Source of the DNA: Octopus bimaculoides
Taxonomy: Eukaryota
Assembly: GCF_001194135.2 (NCBI RefSeq)
Contig: NC_068997.1
Span: 12,871,036 to 12,932,307 of the forward strand
Length of the DNA stretch: 61,272 bases
Direction: 5' to 3'
How positions within the stretch are numbered: position 1 is the stretch's first letter; every line of letters begins with the position of its first letter. The notes under the pieces are model-generated. The model had not been told where the DNA came from, did no database searches, and worked only from the letters and a program-made list of their open reading frames with translations. Shown here one piece after another: positions 50,979-61,272 of this stretch. Position numbers and translations under genes: made by a program.

Positions 50979-52002
50979 CAACCAGTTTTCACAGTGTCTA
51001 ACGATAACTTAACCTCTTTTCTAGGCAAATATGCCGCTGTTTTGAATTTGTAACTCGTTAATCTATCGACCGTAAAACTCTTTTAAAGTACTTCCCAAAT
51101 ACTTCTTAATTGTGCATTGGAAAACCAATAAAAACTGGTAGGGTTACTTAAAATAACTAATCTTCATCTTAAAATTAGTTCTTTTTGTCCTGAAGCCAAC
51201 AAATATTGTAAATCTATATGTTTAGATTAAGCATTTTTTAAAAATTTCAATTACCCCCTGTACAGCTCAACAGCACTTAGTGACTTATATCACAATATCA
51301 AGTTTGTAGTTTTACTGAATATGACATCAGTGATGTGTCAGCGGATCAGCGGGTGTTAGCAACAATGCCTACTCCTTCCGGCTAGTGAAAACATAGTGCG
51401 AACAAAAATGCAATTAATCTTACGGAGTTTTACAAAAGCTTTAAAATAAATGAATTGAAAATTATTATTGATGTGTGGTGTAAAGTAACAGCGAACAATG
51501 TGATAACTGTTTGGAAAAATAAATAAAATTCTTTACTATGCAAAGAATTTCGGTAGATTTGAAATTGGAGTTACAAGTGCTGAAACAGGAATCACTTAAG
51601 TTTTTTTATATAAGATTTTGCCACTTAGTATTTATATATTCTAATACTCTGGTGTTCTTGCGGGATGCACTGCGCGCAGTAGTCCATTTAATTTTCTATT
51701 TACATATATTTGGAGCATAATTAGTAGAATTTGTTATTCAACATGCTATAATCAGAAATCAAAGCATGAACCATGTTAAAATAAATATATGCATTAAACT
51801 TATCTCTTATTCTCACTCTAGTGTTTACCTTGTCAGAGAGAGCATAAGAAATGAGCTGCACATATCTCGTAAATATATAAAGCTTGCATTCGAGAAAATG
51901 GTGCTGTGTGATTGGGAGATATTCACGGCACAGGGAAGCTGTCAGCTTACGAAGAATTTCTGCTACTTTGTGTGACATGACGCAGAAATTTGCCCAAATT
52001 AC

Positions 52003-52063
52003 CTGGTGTCGGAAAGCTGGCGATGTTCTCTGCTGCAGTCGAATCACGTGATGTGGGACATTA
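52003..52063 (-). CDS. Candidate 61-nt exon (phase 2-0; NVPHHVIRLQQRTSPAFRHQ)
   Basis: Acceptor aaatatgattttag, donor CAG|gtaatt; one open frame. May instead be transposon debris. Confidence 0.15.
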
Positions 52064-52344
52064 CTAAAATCATATTTCTTCCCATTCGTTCCATTACACG
52101 GTAAAAGGCACAACTTCAAATCCAAATCGAAATTGAATTTGAATTCAAACCTAGATAGGGCCTAAAACCGAGCAACATCTAATAAGTAGATCGTTATTTA
52201 TTTTCATAAATCTCGTCAGTGTTACATGTAAGTAGAATGTTCAGCGCAGCATGTAAATAAAGAGAAATATGTGTATATAGATCTGGAGTAGAACCTATAG
52301 AATGTAAATGCAACGAGTGTCACGACAGCCAATCAACAAGCCAA

Positions 52345-52442
<98 letters not shown>

Positions 52443-54094
52443 ATAACTATGACAGGGAATACTTCGAAAGGAGTTACTAGACAAGGGAACAAGCATACTT
52501 GTGTAAAAACACGGAGTAAGGTGAAAACATTCTTATATCAAGACATACTAAAACAGGTGAATAAACAAGAGAAAGTGCACAAAATTAATTATAAATATGT
52601 GCATGTATAAAAATAACAAATGAATATAAATAAAGTTAAACAAGACAACCCACCTAAATATGAATGTGGAACCACCATATAGGTTACTTCTGAGCCGGAA
52701 TATTTTCTTTTGACAAGCGGATCTTTTTATTTAAAATGTATATAACGTCAACAGCGAACGCTAAAATATAGAACATGAAAGAATTTATGATGATGATGAT
52801 GATGATGATGATGATTATGATAAACTCGGAGGATGCTGTCTGCACAAATAACATTTTTGCAACACATACGTACACAAACGCACAGATTACATTCACTCAC
52901 GTAAACGTACTTTTCCATAATCCTCGGCTTGAAATTTTCTGAAAGAAAATGCTAGTCGTATTTTTGCGCTGGTGATTCGTAATAATAAATGGATAAGATA
53001 TCAATCGAAATGAATCATTCAGAAAAGAAGGGTAGCGATAACGAAACTATGATATTATTCTGCTTGTCCCAATATGTGCTCGAGTGTTGTGTTTTTAACA
53101 TGGCCAAATATGCAGGGAAATCAAAGGCACAATCAAAAAATTTTATCATAATGAAACAAGGTTACGAGCATTTATAAAGATTGGATCAAGACACATTTTC
53201 CTCAATATTACCCTTGATAATCGATAAGATCGTTAAGTCTTGATTTAGATAAGCACACAAAAAAGAAAAGAATAAACAATGAAAAGTTAAAAATGAAATG
53301 ACAAACATATGTTATAGTAAAATAAAATGGAGCGTAAAGACACAACTCTGTGACAAATACCTCACAGGAAGTAAGTCTGACTAGAAAATAATGACTTAAA
53401 AGATCTCGACAAAAAGAAGAGACAGAAGGTCTGATTTTAGCTGCAAGGAAACAAAACTGAGCCACAGGTAATTATAAAACTAAGACAGATATTAACATCG
53501 TTTGCAGACAATGCAATTAATACAACGAAAAAATCTGATCACATCATTTCCGGTTTCCCAATATCTCAAACTCCAAGTGTACTGAAAATCGCAATTGTGT
53601 CGGCGGCCATGTCCACTGGGTAATATGCCGATATTTCGACAAGAAAACGGATAAGAGCTGGTCAGCAGTTCTTTCTCATCCGTTTACATATGCAACAGAC
53701 ATGGCTGTGTCATGCCTTCCAAGGTTTACGTATTGTTATTTTTGTTCGTATAAATCGAATCAAAAGTATATTACGTTTTCCAATATCGCAACAAGTGTTA
53801 TGTTATTTTTAGATTCACTGATGAGCGAAATTGAATATTGCCGCAATAGGATAGGTATAAAGGAAGAATGTATTTAGAACTCACGCTGGGAGTTACACAC
53901 ACACACACACACAAACACACACGCACGCACGCACACACACATATACACACACAAACAAACATGTATGTATTATAAGTACGTGTATATATATATATATATA
54001 TGTATATATATGTGCGCTTGTGTGTGTATGTGTGTGCGTGCATATAGATATACTTACATACATACATATATACATAGATATGTACTTAGATATT

Positions 54095-54137
<43 letters not shown>

Positions 54138-54150
54138 TTATATATGTATG

Positions 54151-54188
<38 letters not shown>

Positions 54189-54676
54189 TATGCGCATGTA
54201 TATGTATATGTCTATGTGTATGTGGATGCATATATTGAAGTATATGAGCTTGCTGTCAGAATATTGCCAGAAAGAAGAAAAAAAAGTTCTTTAATTCTCT
54301 AAGATTCTATAAATAGTAGTTAAAAAATTATTATATGTTTTTCGACTTCATAAAATTTAATTTACTTTCACAATCTGACAGCATGCCAAATTAATAAAGT
54401 CATGTCATACAAGGAAAACTCTTTCTACCCTAGACTTTTCATAGAATTTTTCATGTATATAAATATCTACAAACTCTATATTTTACTTATTATTTGAATA
54501 AACTTCGAGAGGAGACTTGATGACACTGTCAATGTCTACGTATAATAACTTCGATTCTTTTAAGCGTATTGAGTACTTTTATTAGTAAATATTTATTTAT
54601 CAGTCATTTAATCTTATTAATAACTCACTTCATGGTGTATACATACATAAATAGGGGAAGTGTGTGTGAGTGTGTG

Positions 54677-54707
<31 letters not shown>

Positions 54708-54943
54708 AGTTGATAATAAAATACAGACGTAGTCTCCTGGCTAGATTATAATTAGTCTTACAAAGATCTATTTTCATTAAACTGCTCAATAACTTTTCAT
54801 AAAAATTATAAATTAAATGCAGTTACTGCATTGTGTCTATGCAGTGAAATGAACGAAAGGACGGACTTTTCATTCCACAAGGAAATGCACATAGTGAATT
54901 CTCCTTTTCAGAAACTTCTGTTTCGTGAACTCTATACCTTATT

Positions 54944-55225
54944 GTTGCTGTTGCTGTTTGTTCCTTCTGCCTGGCTTATAAGGGCCAGTTTCCTGGTTTC
55001 ATTGGCGTATGGGTTCCCCACCTGTGCGGGACGCCTATTCCGTCGCAGGTGAGTTGCTAGAGGAATGAGTGAGAAGAAGTTGTGGTGAAAGAGTTAGCAG
55101 GAGTTCGCCATTGGGGCTTAGGTGTTTCTCTCATAAACACACACATCGCCCGGTCTGAGATTCGAACCCGCGATGCCTCGACTGCGAGTCCGCTGCTGTA
55201 ATCACTAGGCCATGTGCCTCCACTG
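54944..55225 (-). mobile_element. SINE family D, full length, with 11-bp TSD (one mismatch)
   Basis: Reverse complement of the 2945-3235 family; TATACCTTATT at 54933-54943 and TATACCTCATT at 55226-55236. Confidence 0.85.
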
Positions 55226-56003
55226 TATACCTCATTAGGCTGCGTACAAATAAAACAAACGAATTTCTCTTTGTACAGTAGTTATGTAGCTGTATGTCTC
55301 GTCGAGTCGGACGTACAAGTTTCCATATCAAACAAATGCCTCAAGAACCAATATATTTTATACCGTAACCGAGCGCGCTATCATTATATATATATAGAGA
55401 GAGCACTATCTTTCGAAGAAAAGTTTATGCATAATACTGAATATAAAGTTTAAATTTCAAGAGGCGCACACACACTCGATTGAAAGACGCATAAATACTC
55501 AATAATGTAAATTATAATTAGAAATATTAAAGTATTTTTCGGCATTCTTGATGTTTATATGTATCATTTGGTCTACAATGTAAGGGAAATACGTTTGGTT
55601 GTACATCCTAGCGTACACACTCACACACTCTCATACTCATTAAATATTTTATAGATGCCATAAAAATTAAATTTTGACATTTAAATATTTAAAGGAGTAA
55701 ATACATCAATGCATTAGCGGTGTCACATTCATTACTTACTCGCATAATTGCTTAATTAATTATTTTAAATGTTATATTTCTAATTTTTATGAGCTGCGAA
55801 GTCAACACATGTTTTACGGCATAGCAATTTTAAAGTAAAATATTGTTTTCATTAACGGCGAAGTAAATTTAAGCGTAAACGCGTGTTGAAAATCCAAATC
55901 TTCCTCCGCTGTTTTCAGAACGATCTCTCCGCAATGAAACAATTATGTTTGTATACATATTTACTAACTAGTGTGTACTAACCAGAATATATTTGTATAA
56001 ATA

Positions 56004-56229
56004 CAATAATCCCTCGCCATATCACGGTTTACCTGTCGCAGTTCACATATTGCGGTTTATTATTTAAGTCGATTCTTCCGTGGTGTTGTTTTGCATTTAT
56101 AATGAAATAAATATACACAAATTATATAAAAAAAACCAACTTATATATATACAGTACAGTACTGTTTCTACTTCGCGGATTGTCACCTATCGCGGGAACG
56201 TAACACACGCGATATTAGAGGGATTACTG
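56004..56229. mobile_element. Tc1/mariner-superfamily (Tigger/pogo-like) MITE
   Basis: Imperfect TIRs caataatccctcgccatatcacg and cgcgatattagagggattactg; TA on both sides (56002-56003, 56230-56231); CpG-rich subterminal atcgcgg-type motifs. Confidence 0.8.
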
Positions 56230-56259
56230 TATATATTGTTTGTCTGTCTGTCCGTAAAT

Positions 56260-56500
<241 letters not shown>

Positions 56501-56694
56501 TAAACAATATATGAGTATATGCATATATATGTACATGTATGTACATACCTTCATCCACATGTACACATAGATACATAACTGGGTACATGACGTGGCAAAA
56601 GAACATGGACAAAAGGATAAACAAGGTACAACAAACAAGCAAGCCACATAGAAACATCTACATATACATATCTATCTCTTTCTCTCTGTCTGTC

Positions 56695-56810
56695 TACACG
56701 ATGACCTTCTTTCAGTTTCCTTCTACTAAATCCACTTACAAGACTTTGGGCGGCCCGGAACTATAATAGAAGACACTTGATCAAGGTGCCACGCAATAGT
56801 ATTGAAACTG
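56695..56810 (-). mobile_element. SINE family B/C, 5' half
   Basis: ttctttcagtttccttctactaaatccacttacaagactttgg...ctataatagaagacacttgatcaaggtgccacgcaatag. Confidence 0.8.
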
Positions 56811-59800
56811 AAGTTCAACATTGTTCAACGGAGGCCCTAACGGATGAAGATTTAGTGTGGAACTGGCCGTCTTTAAAATATAGATACGTATTATGAATTA
56901 AAAAGGAAAAGAAAGATTCGGAAAATTATATTTAGAAACCACTGTTTTAGATATTTGTGTGTAAAATAAAACTGGATAGTCCTAGATGTATTTATGCACG
57001 TGACCTTCGTAGGACTTAGCCATAACTGTGTCATCAGCAACAACACTATATCATTTTTATAACCATGAAAACAAACAATGCCACTACGACAACGACTTCG
57101 ACGTCTACAAGCTGCACGTCGACGACCACGCCGACGACCACCACCACCACCAACAACACCTCAACTACCACACTACCTCCCTCCATCACCACGACCACCA
57201 CCACGACCATGGAAAGAAAGCTTACTGTTGCTACCACAACAACATGCCACCTCGCACCACAACTTTTACGACATGACTAAATAAAAATTCACTTGTTCAA
57301 TGAAATGAGGTGGTTTCCTGCAGGAGCACCATGTGGCGCCACCACTCGGCAATTTTTTTTTACGTTTGTTTGTTTTATTATTTACTAAATATTTCTATTC
57401 CTTTCATTACATTTCATCTTTCCACTTTTATTTTTCTAAATGTTTTTTTTTATCATTTTTGTTTTTTTTATGAAAGCCTCCTTCCAAATCTTGTTGCTAC
57501 TCGTCTTACTGATGATGGTGTAGGTGGCGCTCGTCGTGTTGTTGTTTGATGTAGTCATGTTGTTATTACTATTGTTGTTGTTCTCGTTGTTCTCGTTGTC
57601 GTTGTTGTTGATTTTCCTCTAAGTTACTTAGCTTTTATTTGTTGTAAAATTTCTTTTTGGTGTCGACAATACGGTTCTTGCTATTGTCCATGTTGTTATT
57701 GTTGTTATTATTCTTGTTGTTGACTGGGTTTGTGGGTGCTGTTGCTACAAATGTTATTGCGTTCTTTGTTGTTGCTGTTGTTGTTGATGGTGTTTTAAAC
57801 TGTCATTATTCTTGTCTCTCTTTCTCTGTCTCTGTCGATGCCTGACTGTCTGTTTCCCAATCTCTCTTCTGTCGGTCTCTGTATCTCTCACTTTCTCTCT
57901 TCCCCCTCTCTCTCTCTCTCCTTCAATAAACCTGAAACAGCATCAAAAGACACAAACTATTTAAATCTCTCTCTCTCTCTCTCTCTCTCTATGTATATAT
58001 TTTTTTATTTTGACTTTATTTTATTTTATTGTTCAAATAAATACGTCACTTAGTGAGATTTTTTTCTTCTTGTTACTAATTCTGTGCCTTCTCCTTCTTG
58101 ATAGTGTTCTTATCATCATCATCATCATCATCATCGTCGTCGTCGTTATCATCATGATCATCATCGTCGTTATGAACATGATGATGATGATAATGATGAT
58201 GATGATGATGATGATGATGAGGAGGAGGATGATGATGAGGATGATGACGATCGTTTATTTTTTCATCCTTTTATTCTTCGGTTTCACTTTCTTTTTTTCT
58301 TCTTACCCTTCTCCCCAGGACCTTCCATGCCCTATCATTCCTATTCATGTAGTGCTGTGAATTTTTTCCTTGCCTCTTTTTTTTTTTAGTATTCTTGTCC
58401 TTAAATGAATATATATATATAAAAAAAAAAACCTTAACATGTTAAAGAAATAAAGAAATGAATTGCTACAACACACACATTTATACCCTCGTCACGCAGG
58501 CACATAAGCAAATATATCCTCTCCCCATAAACGTACCTTCAATTCACACACACATACACACTTTGTCTGTCTCTCTCCGTCTCTCTCACGTTATCCCATT
58601 TTCCTTCAAAGAAGTACACAAGACTAAGAATGTAACTCATAAAAAAAGAACGTCTGACTTAGTAAGCCAGAAGGTGTCACTTTTCCGACTTAATGTCTGG
58701 AACATGTGAATTAGCGCCGTCAGCAAATACAAAAGGAAATGAATGATGCTTTGAGAGCATCTTTAATTTACACCTAAACCTTGTATTGTGAACCTGAGTT
58801 GTAGCTCTGCGCAACGATCGAAATCTATACCCAAAGATTCAGTGATATGAGCCCTTCTCTCAGTTAGTGTTTAATGTATTGAGAGACAAGGTGTGAGTTA
58901 TTTCCAGACCAAATAGATGATTTAAGCAGGGCCATTCATCAAGGTAAAAGAAAGAAAACGGTAAAATAAAAAATGAAAACGGGAATAATTTATTGATCAT
59001 TTGAAGTTTATTTTTCCAGATATGTTTGAAGCTTTATGTTTTAAGACCGCTGAGGTGGTTTCATAAGACTCAATTGTTATTAATTTTCGTAAATAGAAAT
59101 TTCTAGCATTCAAACAAAGTGGAACGTCCCAACGGCGATCAGTATAAAAAATCTGGATAGAATTTGACACGGAGAGGTATTATATCTACTACGCAGAAAC
59201 ATGCACTATCTCTCCAAGGGACTCCCGCACATTTACCGTCCATCAAATTAGAATCACAACAGCTTGGTCAAAAGCACATGTGGTAGAAGATACGTGGCCG
59301 AGAAGAAACTTGTGCAATCGAATTCGAAACCACAGAGTTCCAAATCGAACGTTTTAGCCCCGCAGCCATAATTGCATCATTTTAAATATCCAGATCCTGA
59401 TTCATGTTTAGATCTTCTTAGGAATTCCGCCGTTACGATTGCATCACTATTCCTTGCCATTCTTTATCTATGCTTATCATTCTTCCTTCTGGAAACTCTT
59501 CTATAAAACTCTCATTGTGAAAACTAAAACTAACAGAATAGAACCAACTGTGTGGTCTCAACTGAATGACCAAATCTCCTACAAATCACACACTACTGAC
59601 TTAAAACGTGAAGTATAATCATTATTGTATGATACTGATGAATATTACATATCAACACCTATCGCACCATCCATGAGTATTGCGTATCTCACGCCGTCTC
59701 TTACACCGGTTCCTTCTCTGAAATAATGGTTTCAAATTTTGCCCCAAGGACAGTGATTTTAAGGGAGAAGCTGGGTCGATTACAGTAGTGGCCCTCGTCT

Positions 59801-59894
59801 TAGACTGTTGCATATTTGATAAACCCCTAAAAGGCAGAGAAAGAAAGAGAGACAGAGACAAAGTGAGGGAGAAAGAGATACGCACACTCAGGTG

Positions 59895-59896
59895 TC

Positions 59897-59978
<82 letters not shown>

Positions 59979-60023
59979 NNNNNNNNNNGTATGTGTGTGT
60001 TTGTGTATTTGTATGTATGTGTG

Positions 60024-60061
<38 letters not shown>

Positions 60062-60358
60062 CATATACATATATATATATATATATATAAATGTGTGTGT
60101 GTGTGTATGTGTGTGTGTTTTATGCACATATATAATTCAACATTTGTTATGTAGAAAATCAACGATTAGATATTTCATACTTGCATACATAATATATAGA
60201 ACCACACAGCGTACAAAAAGACCGTCGGAAACAGCCGTAATCAACGAACAACACATACGTGCGCACACAGACACACACAGACACAGACAGACACACATAA
60301 ACACAGACACAGACACACACAAACACAAACATATACAGACATCCATCCATACATATAC

Positions 60359-60409
<51 letters not shown>

Positions 60410-60600
60410 TATATGTATATATGTGTATGTATGGATGGATGTATATGTTACCGTTAGTGTATCTGTATAAGTGTGTCTTTGAGTGTGTGTGTGTATGTGT
60501 GTATGTGTGTGTGTGTGTGTGCACGTATATGATGTTCGTTGATTACGGCTATAAATCTATATGTGTGTGAGTGTGAGTGGCATGCATGTACACATACAAA
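59895..60600. repeat. Mosaic (TA)/(TG)/(TC)/(CAGACA) tract
   Basis: Direct reading. Confidence 0.9.
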
Positions 60601-61229
60601 CGTTTGCGTTAATACAGATATTCGGTAGTTCGAAGACGGCAAGGAAAATAAATATTATGAACACACTTATAAAAGAAATGCTACCGCGCTTAATTAACGA
60701 GTTCAGATGCTAAACACAAGAAATTAAGATTAGTTTATATTCATATTGCCATGAATAATGCTTGGAGATACCACTATTTCTATGGCAGCCTTTTCGCGTA
60801 ATTCCTTTCATATCTTTGGCAACAGAAAGTCTGTAATTAATATATTATTCCTTTACCAGTTGATCTTCTCCCATCGATATTGTTGATTAGTTAACAGTTC
60901 TATCACCTTTGCTAAAACACACCTGCAAAAAAATGAGAAGAAAGAGAAAGAGGAAGGTAATTATACGTCGCACAGTTATATGCGCAAGTGCGCACTTAGT
61001 CAAACGCGTACGAATACGCATATGCAAACACATTCGCAGGTATGCAAACATTTGCGTTGGCACCGTGACACGAACATAGAGGCACGTTCACAGATACACT
61101 TAAATGCATTATTATGTGTGCACATGTGTGTGCATGTGTGTGTGTATGTGAGTGTATATATATATATATATATACTAATATTTCGCTTAGATATAGCGAT
61201 AGATATATAAATATGTATCTACGTGTGTA

Positions 61230-61272
<43 letters not shown>

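Overview
This is a eukaryotic, AT-rich, extremely repeat-dense stretch of a short-read draft assembly. It has four large N gaps of about 680-930 nt and many small ones, almost all abutting microsatellites. The SINE families and microsatellite load look most like an octopus (cephalopod) genome; that is inference from recognised repeat motifs, not a database result. No complete, recognisable protein-coding gene, tRNA, rRNA or intact transposon ORF is visible, and nearly all ORFs in the supplied track are translations of microsatellites or N runs. What the sequence does support: (i) roughly 25-30 copies or fragments of a tRNA-derived SINE (family A) with two alternative tails and a recurrent head-to-tail dimer; (ii) a CORE-like SINE (family B/C) carrying an internal microsatellite; (iii) two copies of a third SINE with target-site duplications; (iv) decayed mariner, Penelope-like and R4/Dong-like remnants; (v) a hAT-type and a Tigger/pogo-type MITE; (vi) two short minisatellites. 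The best non-repeat leads are several short minus-strand exon candidates with good splice signals. These include a putative terminal exon at 355-178 encoding an acidic tract followed by a CX3C-x14-CX2C, basic C-terminus. All gene models here are hypotheses that need RNA-seq. Coordinates of degenerate repeats are approximate (read by eye).
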